Shown piece by piece: positions 50,366 to 63,653 of a DNA stretch of 64,000 nt. The DNA is from Octopus sinensis. Taxonomy: Eukaryota. The stretch is from NCBI RefSeq assembly GCF_006345805.1, contig NC_043002.1, positions 103,416,001 to 103,480,000 on the forward strand. Reading direction: 5' to 3'. How positions within the stretch are numbered: position 1 is the stretch's first letter; each line of letters opens with the position of its first letter. The notes under the pieces are model-generated. The model made no database searches and had not been told where the DNA came from. It saw only the letters and a list, made by a program, of their open reading frames with translations. A program made the translations under genes and the position numbers.

Positions 50366-50639
50366 GTTTATATAACTAATTATACTCGCAATGTTTTCTT
50401 TGACCCAAGGCTACAGAAAAACAAAGACCCTGACACAAGGGGCCGCGTAGAAATGGAGAGAAAAGGAAAGAGATAAACATAAACATTGCGCTCACAACTA
50501 CAATACCTGTAGCCCCTTCTCCAACAAATGTCCTTTACAATAATTATTGAACCACCTCCTCAGATACATTAGGCTACATTTCAAATGTTCTTCGAATGTC
50601 TGGTGTGGTTCGTTCACGAAACTTTCAAATTCGATCGTA

Positions 50640-50945
50640 AATAATACCACAGCTCTTCAATATCCTCCCGAAGAACCTGAGGGACCTGCATGGTGTAGAT
50701 GCGGATGTCTTTAAAGTAGGACTGGATCTCTTCTTGTCAGGTGTCCCGGATGAACCAACTTCACGGCAGGAGGTGCAGATGAGGGTAGATGAGGGCAGCT
50801 GCATCGAACTCTCTCATGCACCAAATGGCAGTTGCTAAAAAGCATTCGTGAGGTAAAATCATGTAGCAAACCAAATGGCGGTGCCCCAGCATGGCCACAG
50901 CTCATGAGCTGAAACTGGAAAAATCAAAATCAAAATCAGAATCAT
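50640..50945 (+). mobile_element. CR1/L2-group LINE 3' end
   Basis: Translates PQLFNILPKNLRDLHGVDADVFKVGLDLFLSGVPDEP; tail 'ggcggtgccccagcatggccacagctcatgagctgaaact'. Confidence 0.75.
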
Positions 50946-52014
50946 ATTGATCTGAGGGTTTCCCTCTTGCGACCGAAGATCGTTTAGCTTTGTAGACTCA
51001 CTTGTGACTCTTGCCATGTCTGCTCGGGAAATAATCCATTCTACTAAAGGCACATGACTCGAGAAATAAGGTAATGTTGTCGTTGTGACGATGTTTCAAA
51101 GTGCCACATACGGCCGATATGTGTACTAGGATCGCTTCCAAACAGCAGCATAAATAAACCGCTACATTGTTCATGATACATAATTTGATAAAAGGCAGAC
51201 ATCTTTAAGTCTGCCGACATTGTCTGATCTGTTTTCCACGTGTATACATTAATCTTACATTATGCATTTAAGAAACATTTATGTGGTCTCGGTGTGAATA
51301 TATAATTCGTGGACAACCAAAAGAAGCAGTATATAGATGTTTCTTTAATGTATCGTATATGCTAACATTGTTGCATATTTACTCATAAACCACACCGCGT
51401 TGTTACATTTCTGAAAAGAAGGTGGCCAACCGTGTAACATTATCTACATTTCATTACTCCAGTAATAGCATGTTTACATTATTTATATGAAATTATGTTA
51501 TTCTTAATTTCGACAGTGGAAAGGTGATAGAAACTCTAACTTATCAGTATCGAGATAAACGAATCTAGTTTGTTTGAATCACTCTTAGTTGTTGAGTATT
51601 CCTACATTTATCCACAGGCTACTCTGACAAGGAGAGAAAATTTATGTTTATTAGAGAAATCATGTAAGATTTTCCACATACATATTTATATATTCATATG
51701 CCTTGCTTTGATGTGAGTCACACTTTTTACATATATGCATACATTTATATATTATATACGCGCGCGTGCGCTCGAGAAAACACACACTCGCACCATATGT
51801 ATAAGTGCATATAAAAGAATAGCAACCTTGTTTCCTTTGTCTATCAGCAGATACTAAAGCAAGAGTATGCCAGAGCGGAACAAAGTAACAAGAAATATTA
51901 AACATACATTGCCCTCCACCAGCCCCCATTCTATTTAGTGGTGCATAACATTACGAATTATCACTTGTAACTTATGAATATTTATCGGTATATATATATA
52001 TATGCATGCATATG

Positions 52015-52085
<71 letters not shown>

Positions 52086-52151
52086 ATATTATATATATAT
52101 ATATACATATATCTATATCTATCTATCTATCTATCTATATATATATACATA

Positions 52152-52192
<41 letters not shown>

Positions 52193-52209
52193 CTCTCTAT
52201 ATATATATG

Positions 52210-52261
<52 letters not shown>

Positions 52262-54289
52262 ATACACACGTACACACACGTACACATTCGTATACATAGG
52301 GGTATGAATTTAACCGATGTCTACCTGCAGATTATGTAAACTAGTGGTTGGCAATTGGTAAAAACACCGGTTTATTGTTTTGCATTTTGGAGTCTTTGGA
52401 GGGAGGGTTGAAGAACTGACATTTATTCCGTACCATTATACAAACATTCATTTGTGAATCTTGCAAAAAATAGGGGAATAAATAGTAAAATGTATAACGG
52501 TGATCTTCAAGAAACGCTGTATAAACATTATGCAAGTGAATATGACAAATGCAGTTTATATTTTCACTGTCACAAGAGACAGATTTTATATGAGAAAATA
52601 TTTTGTATGATCTATGATGGATTTCAATCAAAAGCCGTCGAAAGATTGCGAATGTATACATTACCATATTTTTCTGATTGGTATATCAAATGAGGCTTTG
52701 TTGAGAAGGAGATTGTATTGTCTCTTGTCTACTTGACTATTATCAAATAATCCAGTGTTTCTTAAACCTTTCCGAAAAATGAAAATATTTCTCTATCGTA
52801 TACAATGAAATTAGTTTTAAATTTCATAATCCAAATTACTGAGATTTTGAAAAAGCAACACTTCCTAATAGAAATGTTGCTTATTGCGCGAAACTAACTT
52901 TAGCAGGAAAGATTCACCAGTAATTTATCCTCAAGGAACGAGAGCTGAGGTAACATATAATAGTCGGAAAGATAATTTGCGCTCTACAGAGGAGTTTCAC
53001 AATGATTGTCATAATTACTATTATTAAAGCAATATAGGGTCTATATTCATGTATGTGGTACATGCGTGAACGTAGCTGCTTCTTAACAGTCCTAACTACA
53101 CTCGAAGTGTTAAATTCTACCCAATAAAGATTCAGACAAAATGGCGGCTATTTACCTTGTTTTGTATGAAAGAATTCTTCCCGTTTCACAGTGTAGATTT
53201 ATCCAATTAGGTTTCAAGTGTATGGTCCAAAGTAAAACAGACGTAAATACATTAATCTGTTATTCGTTTCCTGAAATTCACAGCTACATTCATAAAGAGT
53301 TTATGCACGCAGAAGTATACACGGGTAGGTTGCAGAAATTCATAAGAGTAGGCTTACAAGTGAAGATAAACGCATACATGTAGGCAGGGTTTGCATACTA
53401 CGTATTTGCGATTCATTCTATATATGTAATGAATACAAGACACCCAAAATTATGTCGGTATATATTAGCGTACGTGAATCATGTGTAATGATTGGTGTAG
53501 AAAAAGCTAAGTATATATGTATATATAAACACACACACACGTTGAACGCTATTATTTCGTGCCTATCTCATTATTGAAAATATACATTATATATCATATT
53601 TGTATGTAAAATTATAAATGGATGGAACGCACAATTATTTTCATTACAAGAATACATGCACATATACTTACCACACACACATATTTATTCATATATGCAC
53701 ACATATGAGTGTTTGTATGTGCAAATATTATACAGATGTGTCTGTATACGCGACGCTAATCGTCCCCACCTCGCCATCATCCTTGCCGTCGCCATTGCAC
53801 CGCACAGAGCAAGTAAAACAATGTGTATAGTGATTATAATGAAGCTAAGTGAAATGTTTATGCTGTGTGTAATATAATTACAGCTTGTTATCACTGCCTG
53901 TTGCTTTAACCACTATCAAATATATATTTCACTTTATCTTTGTAATTTATGTTTTCTCTGTTCAAACATAATTTATGGGAAATTTCCACTCAAACGTCTC
54001 TAAACAATTTGATAACATATTGCCGCACGCTTGATAAACATTATATTTTACTGGGACAGAATAGAAATGAATTTGGATCGATGCTCTAAAAATAATGGAG
54101 CGAGACACACAGACTCATATCTATGTCGGTTAATGAAGGAGCCACTAAGATGTCGTTGGGCGTGATACGATTCATGGCAAATATCCATAGCGTTTTATAT
54201 TATATTTGAAGGAGACATAAAGCTCTATCATATATGGTGAATCTATTGGATGGTGAGATAAGTTCGTTCGTTCATGCTTTTTGTTGTTG

Positions 54290-54320
<31 letters not shown>

Positions 54321-54568
54321 GTGAGAGAGCAGTTCATGCTATAAATGTGACACTGGGGTAAAATATACGAAGCCCAGTATACCCATCATGACTACCCGTC
54401 TGATAAGGGTACACCAGGCACACGCATCACAACCATATGTGCGCGACATGGTGATCTCATATCAAGATAAACAGCACATGACCTTGCAGGTGGGGCCCAG
54501 TTAGAATTTTCTTCAGGTTGAGTAGCCCATCCCGCTCAAACGGTCCATGAATAAGGGTTGTTTAAGGA

Positions 54569-54570
<2 letters not shown>
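54321..54570 (-). mobile_element. 250-bp element embedded in an (ATT)n tract; probable 3' end of a microsatellite-targeting LINE
   Basis: Complex sequence flanked on both sides by (TTA)n; the minus strand ends 'ctgctctctcac(ATA)n'. Family link is from recall only. Confidence 0.5.
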
Positions 54571-54662
<92 letters not shown>

Positions 54663-54667
54663 TCAAA

Positions 54668-55090
54668 GGAGGCGGTGAGTTGGCAGGATCGTTAGTATGC
54701 CGGGCAGAATGCTTTGTGATATTTCGTCCGTCTTCACGTTTTGAGTTCAAATTCCATGGAGGCCTATTCTGCCTCTTATCTTTTCAGAGTCGATTAAATG
54801 AATACCGGTCGCGCACTGGGGTCGATGTAATGGAATTAATCCCTTTCCTCAAATTTGAGACCTTGTGCCTCCAGTAGAGAGGATTATTTCAAAGAAGATG
54901 TGAGTTGCCAGAATCGTTAGCATGCTGAGCAAAATGCTTCGCGGCATTTCGCTTGTCCTTACGTTCTGAGTCCAAATTCCACCACAGTCGACTTTACCTT
55001 TGGGTGTAGATCAAATAAGTACCAATTACGCACGGAGGTCGGTATAATCGACTAGAACCCCTCCCCCAAAATTTCAGCCCTTGTTCCTAT
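54668..55090 (+). mobile_element. Two tandem SINE family B copies (54668-54880, 54895-55090)
   Basis: Heads 'ggcggtgagttggcaggatc' and 'gatgtgagttgccagaatc', each followed by a B-box and the central domain. Confidence 0.8.
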
Positions 55091-55529
55091 AGCAGAGACG
55101 AGTGTTAATATTTCAAGACACTCTTTCGTTTTGTGCCTGAAACAAGTGAAAACTTATTAAAAAAACAATGCATTAAACAAATAACCGAGAGGCGCAACTT
55201 GTGTCAAGAAACACGTAAATTCATGAAAAAATACCAAAAACTTGTTTTCCTGTTAATTCAAATGACATCGGAACGGATTAAAAGAAACGTAATAAACGAA
55301 AGAATTTATATGGTAAATCAATATTTATACCAAATATTATAAACCTCTGGACTAAAGTGCCTCCTATAGCGCGAAAATGGGCTGAAAATTTATTCCGGGG
55401 TGGGGGTTGAAAAACAGTTGAGCAGTTAGAAAACTTAAGTGTGTTTAATGAATCGCTCGTGTATTTTGTTTACAACACATTCTTTGCGTGAAATCGTTTA
55501 TGATTCAAAACAATTTTAATAAGCTTTTA

Positions 55530-55830
55530 TCTGTTTGCTAATTCCTGTCATTGGACTGCGGCCATGGTGGGGCACTGCCTTGAAGTGTTTAATAGAATAT
55601 GTGGAGACCAGTTCTTTTTTTTGCATGACTAGCAATCTATGCTTTACTTTTGCCAAGCCATTACGTTATATGAACAGAAATAAACTAACACCTTCTCTTC
55701 AGATACACACATACATACACACACAACACGCACACACAGAAACACAGCCCACACTCACTCATACTCATATTTATATATGACACCGGATTATCTAAGGCTA
55801 TAGGAGAAGCCACTTATCCAAATTACCACA
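55530..55830 (-). mobile_element. Diverged SINE family A
   Basis: Tail 'cctgtcattggactgcggccatggtggggcactgcc' as read on the plus strand. Confidence 0.6.
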
Positions 55831-58117
55831 GAATTACTGAAACGATGTTGTTGCACAATGTACCTTCTTAAACACTAAACTGTTTGTTTGGATGACTTTT
55901 GAGCTAATAAATCAGTTTTAAACTGAAAATGCTTTATTTGATATAATTCATTGAAGTCTTTGTGTCATACCCTACATGCGAAAGTGAAAAAAAAACTTTA
56001 GTGTTTCTATAGACAGTGTAACTGAGAGACAAGGAAAGAGAAAACATTGAGTCAATGATTTTAAAGACCAGAGAACATGTTACTTGGAAGAGACTGGCTG
56101 CTAGTTATAGCAAATGAAGCGACCACATGGATGCCCTTCTTGTTGTTTTTGCATCATGATTGCTGTTTAGACTCAATCAAAATCTGACATTCCACTTCTG
56201 TGGTCTAAAGTGCTTCCGTCAGGCCATCCCGGCAGAGTATGTCGTTACTAGTGTTAGCATGGCAAACTGCTTTGTCTGATAGAATTGCGCATTTTCTCGA
56301 AGCGAGGTGGGAGACCATGGATCACAAAACACTTTCTATTAGAAAACTTACACACAACTAAACTTTGTCAGTCAGTGTCACTCTGTTACTCAGTTTCAAA
56401 CATGTCTGATGCCTGCAAGCAATGCAAATAAATAGATTCAATCAGATCTGACCATTAGTAATTGTATGTTTGTCTAGGACAATATTATTATTCCATACAT
56501 TCCTGAAAAATAATCATTAGTCACTTTAGCTCCAAAATGTATAAACTGCAGGATGAAAATAATATAATATGTTAGCTGATTGAGTGTTTTTATTAATATT
56601 TTCCTTCGTTTCTTACAGACATTATTTTCATCTTCTCATTACAATCCCGCACAATAATGAACTTAACAAACGATGTATATTTCACGTTTCGCGAATGGAT
56701 CTGATTACGTATATTACGTATGATTGTGTGTATGTTCATGCAGAGTCTCAAGGTTTTCTACAAGGTTACACTTCTAGGAGATCGCTTTGCTCTGTATAGT
56801 CGAGATTCGAAACCGAATCCACACACCTGTTGCTTGTCAGACGAATGTCTGATCCTTTGTGCCTTATCTCTGTGCTCCGAGATCTTCGGTATTCGTTGAA
56901 AGGTTAATCCTTTGTTTTAGATTTGATGTACTTCCTCAATTTTCTTCAAAACTTGCCGGACCAACCACCTGCACCCGGATATGTCTCCAAAAATAATACC
57001 TCTTTGCTAGAGCGTGCCATGGTTCCCTATATATGGCTAAAAGACTTCACCAGGTGGTGCTATTAAGTTAGACATAGCCTGGGCCTATACTGCCCGACAA
57101 CTATAAAAGTTATACATGTGTATGTGTGCGTGTGTGTGTGTGTATGTGTGGGTGTGTGTGTATGCGTGTGTATGTGTGCGTCTGTGTGTCTATGTGTGTG
57201 TTTGTGTGTGTGTGTCCCTGAATGGAAATACAATCTGTCACAACTGATCAGAATGTAAGAGAATGAAGTCAAGGTGTTTCAAATAAAGTTTTTCGCCCGG
57301 TCCATAATTCGAAACCACAATCATGCGATCGTATATGCTACACTGTTACCACTAGGCCACACACTTACACCTACCATGTGTGTGACTAATTTTATTCCGC
57401 TTATACAAGTAGGACTTTTGCCAATGGAGACTTTTTTTTCGGTCATCCTTTAATTAAGAATTGATATTTTCCGACTGATTCGTCTTCAAACGCCAAATGT
57501 GAAACCAAAATCTTTTGTTTCCGCATATGTCATAACAGATCCCAAAATAATTGTCGACATACTGAGTGAGATGTCGTATAAATAATTAGCTATTGATATC
57601 ATGATTTACTTGTTATATCTATAAATATTTCAAGTATGATATGACATAAATTTCCAATATTTGTGATAACAAGTTCTACATCACGTCATCACTGCAGACT
57701 TTGCGAAAGTTTTGTTCTTGTATTGTCAGAGATTGCCTGACCTATGACATCGCCAAAATGTTCCGACGTTATTAAATCTTCCTATCAATATTCACTCTAC
57801 ATTCTAAATCAGTCACACATACACGGACGTAGACATTCCATACGTCTATAAATTCACACACATATGCATACATACAAGCATATATAAATCTATGTGTGTG
57901 TCTAGGTATGTATATATATAAAATAAAGAAGCATATAATCATATACACATACATGTATGTATGTGCACACACACAGGCACACATACATATCTAAGTATCT
58001 ACATGAATATGTTTGTGTTTGTGTGTATATGTGTGTGTACGTGTCCCTGAATGGAAATACAATCCGTCATTTACAACATACCAGTGTGTCTATGTGTACA
58101 CAAATATATATGCTCAG

Positions 58118-58174
<57 letters not shown>

Positions 58175-59029
58175 CACAAACACACACTCACGCATATATG
58201 TTGTATATATGTGTGCGTCTTGCTGGTATCACAATCACTCCAAGGTCTATAGCTATTTCATTACCAAGTGGGTGTCAAATTATATAAAATATTTGGAAAC
58301 AAGAAGACGTTGTGATTCTGTCATGTCGTTTATACAATATTGATAGTATAATAAGCGCCCCGTAAATATCTCGGCATAAACTTTGTGACCAATGATTTGT
58401 CGCCCATTCTTTTTGAAACAGCTGTAACCCGTGGAATAAATGTGATGTCAATAACTCCATTTTTCACTTATTTTATACTCCGCGTCTGAAGTGAAGCTTC
58501 GGGATTTTCAGTTCCTAGAAAACTAATGTTTCTTCCAAATACATTTTCCTTCTTCGTTGGTGTTGGCGGAACGCTATAAATGCATACCGTGCAGGAGTGT
58601 AAAGAAAAACTGCAACACCCCTCTTCAAAAATGCGTAGGGATTAACGTAGTTTCGACGCAATTAACGTTAGATGAAGTTCTTCCGATGGTACTACTTTTT
58701 AGTTGCGATAAAGTTAGTGAAAGTCACTGTAGGGATAAATATCCCTTAGAAAATATACTTAGGTAGGTATGTGTTACATAATAACATTATAACATTATCA
58801 CAACGTGGGTCCTGTTCATTCCTACTATTTCTACGACAGGTAGGAGTCAATGCAAAGTAGATTTCTCATGTGAATTGAACGGTTTTGGTGCAAGTTGCAA
58901 TAAACGAGGGAGATTATTTTCGTAGTGGAATTTCCTTTGTTGTAAAGAACCAACTATCTATCGTGTGTCTTGATACATTTACAATTTTTGCTTTGAATGT
59001 GTGTATATATATATTTATTTTTATTTATT

Positions 59030-59325
59030 TATTTAGTTTCAGGTCACAAGCTGTGGCCATGCTGGGGCACCGCCATTTGGTGTTGCTACATGATTTTCCT
59101 TCACGAATGCTTTTTAGCAATTGCCATCTGGTGCATGAGAGAGTTCGATACAACTGCCCTCATCTGCACCTCCTGCCGTGAAGTTGGTTTATCTGGGACA
59201 CCTGACAAGAAGAGATCCAGTTTCATTTTAAAGACATCTGCATCCACCCCATGCAGGTATCTTAGGTTCTTCGGGAGGATATTGAGAGCTGTGGGCCTAT
59301 CACGAACAGCACAGGTAGGGTAATG
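59030..59325 (-). mobile_element. CR1/L2-group LINE 3' end
   Basis: Reverse complement of the 50640-50945 sequence. Confidence 0.75.
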
Positions 59326-59370
59326 TGTTTTATAATTAAAGCTGCAAAAACATCACAAAATATCACAATA

Positions 59371-59412
59371 AGCTGCTACTCAGAGTTTCACGTTCCCGTT
59401 CGTCGGACAGCT
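59371..59412 (-). ncRNA. Type I hammerhead-like motif, U4C core variant
   Basis: AGCUGU-CCGACGA-ACG-GGAA-CGU-GAA-ACUC-U-GAGU-A/GCAGCU; all three stems pair. Confidence 0.7.
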
Positions 59413-59474
59413 GTGATTAAGAATAAGATTAACTAACAGTATCTTCTGATATTTTGGTAGCTTTAATAATAAAG

Positions 59475-59827
59475 TAAATAGGTGCCGGCGTGGCTGTGTT
59501 GTAAGATTGCTTCTCAACCACATGGTTCCGGCTTAAGTCCCACTGCATGGCACCTTGGGCAAGTTAGTTCTACTATAACCTCAGGCCGACCAAAACCTTG
59601 TGAATGGATTTTATATATATTTGTATGTGTGTGTGTGTGTTTGTGTGCCTGCACTTGTTCCCCCCCACCACCACCACCACCATCACTTGAGAACCGACGA
59701 TGTGTTTACGTCCCAGTAACCTAGCGGTTTGGTAAAAAGAGACGGATAGAAGTAGTACAATGCTTACAAAGAATAAATTCTTGAGTTGATTTGATCGACC
59801 ACAGGCAGCAATGACTGGAAGAAATAA

Positions 59828-59830
<3 letters not shown>
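59475..59830 (+). mobile_element. SINE family A
   Basis: 'ggtgccggcgtggctgtgttgtaagattgcttctcaaccacatggttccggcttaagtcccactgcatggcaccttgggcaag'. Confidence 0.8.
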
Positions 59831-59861
<31 letters not shown>

Positions 59862-60595
59862 ATGTGTGTGTGTGTGTGTGTGCGTGCGTGCGTGTGTGTG
59901 TATGTGTGTGTGTATTTGTGTGTGCGTGTGTAGATATGTGTCTGTACGAGTTAGCTTGCATATATTTGTGCGTGAGAAGATGTGCATGTGCGTTAGAGTG
60001 CGTGTCCCTATTCTAGTTTATGTGTATCCTGTCCTGATATAATATATTCCAAGACTACTTAACGGTTCTGAGAAATAATTTACCGATATCAGTTTACGTC
60101 GTTTAATGTTTTCGATCAAATTACAAAATCTTCTGCTTTAGTTCCTACCAAATCTCTTTTAATTTACACAATATATACAAATAATGGATTAGAGCATATG
60201 TTCTGAAAGTTTTTCGGCCACCACACCTCATGGCCACATAATACCCTCAGTGTCCCCACCCCTATTGATACTTAATATTGTATATTTTCTATACAATACT
60301 ATAATATAATAAATTCATAGCGTTTCCCAATTCGCTGCCTTCCTCCCAAAGCATCCCTTTTCTCTACCGCCGCCCTGCATCGCCAACTTAGACACTAGTG
60401 CCGACGTGAACCCTCTCAACCCCCACCGTTTGACCATCGGTGTTGGTGTGTTTACGTCACCGTTGTCACTAAGTAGGGCTGCAAATTGCGTGATAGAACA
60501 ATTCCTGCCGTGAATTTATTGTATCAAAAATCTTCTGGGAGGCGCTCCAGCATGAACTCTGTTAATGGAGTGAAACACATCAAAGAATAACAGAA

Positions 60596-60630
<35 letters not shown>

Positions 60631-60689
60631 CACACCAAGAAGACCGTCTCAATGCAACATATCAGCTACCTGGGATAGACTTTGTATAT

Positions 60690-61110
60690 ACATTGATATA
60701 CATCTGGAAAATCCAGGAGGGTCTTGTCCGAATTTTGGTATTGAAAATTATCCCAAGAGCAGAACGCCACTGTATGGTGCCAAATATCCCAACATAACCA
60801 TCAAAATACAGGACCAGATAAGTAACAGCTTGGTTTTCAGGGGATCACAGCTCTTCAATGTCTTTCCTAAGTGCCTTAGAGACCTGCATGGTGTGGATGT
60901 GGGTTTCTTTAAAACTAAACTGGATCACTTCTTGTCAGGGGTTCCAGATGAACCTACCTCTCGGCAGGAAACACAGATGCGGGCAGCGGCGTTAAACTCC
61001 CTTGTTCACCAGGTGCCACACATCAGAGGTGATTTCACATACTAGTGTAGCTCATTCAACGGTGGTACCACAGCATGGCCGCAGCGTTCGGGATGAAACA
61101 TTTTTAAGGA
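60690..61110 (+). mobile_element. CR1/L2-group LINE 3' end (longer copy)
   Basis: Translates FRGSQLFNVFPKCLRDLHGVDVGFFKTKLDHFLSGVPDEPTSRQE; same tail as 50640. Confidence 0.75.
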
Positions 61111-61376
61111 TTTAAGGATATATATATACATACACAAATATATGCATATATATTCGTATATATATACATATTGATACAAATATGTGTGTTTGTGTACGTG
61201 TTTGCTTAGGTGTGTATATAAGGACACACACGCAGGCATTCTTAGAACACACTAGCTTTCAAATATGTTAATATTTGACCGCCATATGCCTCTTTGTTTT
61301 AATGCCACCGAAATATTTCACTGTTTCATATCTGTATATATAACTAGGTCCGGGTATATATATACATATATATACA

Positions 61377-61411
<35 letters not shown>

Positions 61412-61413
61412 AC

Positions 61414-61467
<54 letters not shown>

Positions 61468-61569
61468 GATATATATATAAATATATATATAAATATTTAT
61501 ATATATATATATATACATATATATATACACACACACCCACGTGCAACACACACACACACATATATATAT

Positions 61570-61633
61570 TGATTTTTGATTTTGATGTTTCCAGTTTCAG
61601 CTCATGAGCTGTGGCCATGCTGGGGGCACCGCC

Positions 61634-61636
<3 letters not shown>
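61570..61636 (-). mobile_element. CR1/L2-group LINE terminal tail only
   Basis: 'ttttgattttgatgtttccagtttcagctcatgagctgtggccatgctgggggcaccgcc'. Confidence 0.7.
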
Positions 61637-61671
<35 letters not shown>

Positions 61672-62131
61672 GATTCCGTCAATATATTTGGGTACAGAAT
61701 CATTTATACACATCAATGTTATATATACGCCAACCAATGTTCGTAATGTGTAGTGGCCGTTCAATACAGAAAGGTCTGTTTTACTAAGCTGATATAAAGC
61801 TCTTTACGGTCTGTAACAGCGTGATATATTATAAGGCGATCAGTGAACGCTAATATCGAAATATTAGTAAAATAAATACTTCGATACTAATGGCACAATC
61901 TCAGCGGTTACTTCCTGTAGCTTATAACTGTCTTTCATTATTCGTCAAAATGCCAGGCAATGGTATTCGGTCAGCTCATCAACTGACCGGTTAATACATA
62001 CGAGTACGTAGTATGTATGTATACGCGCCCGCGTTCATACGCACACATAAATATATATGCCTGTCAATCGCACTTTCTCTTTACGTTGTACATATTATGT
62101 ATATGTATATATATATATATATAATATATTA

Positions 62132-62167
<36 letters not shown>

Positions 62168-62169
62168 AT

Positions 62170-62216
<47 letters not shown>

Positions 62217-62258
62217 ATATATACTTATTTATTAAAAAAACAGCAGAAATTCAACAAA

Positions 62259-62300
62259 ACCTGTTAGTCGGACTTTCACCTTCCCGTTCGTCGGACAGTT
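62259..62300 (-). ncRNA. Type I hammerhead-like motif, U4C core variant (second copy)
   Basis: AACUGU-CCGACGA-ACG-GGAA-GGU-GAA-AGUC-C-GACU-A/ACAGGU. Confidence 0.65.
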
Positions 62301-62586
62301 TTGTTAACAAAACTGAATGAACACGAAGGAATTTCCGAGTTAGTTCCAACGACAATTGTAGAAATACTGTAGATGACGTAAGGTAGCCAGTGGGAATGAA
62401 AGTGCATCATCGGCTACCACCTAGGTACACCCCCAGTAATTAAATAATTACAGCCGCACTTGCCCATACCTCACCAACACCACCTCCTCATCGGCATCCA
62501 ACATCGACGCTGTCATATCAACGACTCCTTCACTTTTCACTTCTATCAGTGTTACCTAGTGTATCTCCTGCTCTTTCTGCCCTTCC

Positions 62587-63613
62587 CTATACATCTGGCA
62601 AACGGGACGCTGCTTGATTGACCAGTTCGCGGAACACCTCCGAGACATATGACTCGGCAATTACAACTCAGTCTCGCGCCATTTCCGCTCCAACGGTAAT
62701 TTTTTGCAAGCACTGTCTGTGTTTGGATTGTCCTTGCACATGGTCCATCCGGACTCCTCTTTCGGCTGTGAAGAGAGATTAATCTTCTCTCTTCTCTCCT
62801 TTGCGCCACATGGGCTCCACTCTGCACCCCTCTTCATCTAACCCTCCTCCCCTCTCCTCTCTACCTCTCACCACTACTTCCTCCCACGCACCTCTCCTCT
62901 CTTGCACCGATTCCTACTTCTCTTCATTACTACTCTCCTTTCTTCTCTCCAACCCAACTTCTCCCTTCCATTCTCACTTCATCGTCACCCCTCCCTCGTA
63001 ACACGACTCCTACACAATCCAACCTCACCTTTCCTATCCTTCCCATTCCAACCCCACCCTATCCCTTACTCATATTCCCACATACCCCACCAATACCTCC
63101 AACCTCAGCCTAACCCACACCCAACCTTGCTTTCCCCATTCTCGCTTCCACAACATCTGAACACCACCAAACCACACTGGACACCCACAACACACACTTG
63201 AGATCACATCACACCAACAAGCACACACTAGCACTGGCCACTTCCTAGCCCCATACCATCATCCACACGCCTACACATGCACACACGCACACGTCAAGGT
63301 CACCAGCCCTCTTCCTCACGCACATACATACTCTCTTATACACACGCATGTGCACCTTCCTTTTGGGATCACCACTACTTTATTATTTTCCCTTCTTCTT
63401 AGCTCTCCTGTGTGACCCGCTGTCCGGCATTCGCCATGATAGATCGCTATCCAATACACATTCGTTATTTCCTCTCCTTGTTTCTTTCTGTTCTTTTCTA
63501 TGGCTGAGCGTAGGCTCGAAACGTTAAAGACTTTTTCAATTCCCGAGCGTTATACTAATACATATGCTTGTTGTCTACACCAACTGTCTTTTTCTTTTGT
63601 TTTTTGTGAATTC

Positions 63614-63620
<7 letters not shown>
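62587..63620 (+). pseudogene. Penelope-like element 3' part (GIY-YIG C-terminus, pyrimidine-rich spacer, pLTR with degenerate hammerhead 63494-63529), family 3
   Basis: Translates LYIWQTGRCLIDQFAEHLRDI*LGNYNSVSRHFRSNG...LSVFGL...EERLIFSLLSFAPHGLHS; pLTR contains 'gagcgtaggctcgaaacgttaaag'. Confidence 0.8.

Positions 63621-63653
<33 letters not shown>

Noticed and set aside
58275-58766. Complex non-repetitive stretch with short ORFs
   Set aside because: No recognisable protein or repeat motif by eye; cannot be supported without a database search.
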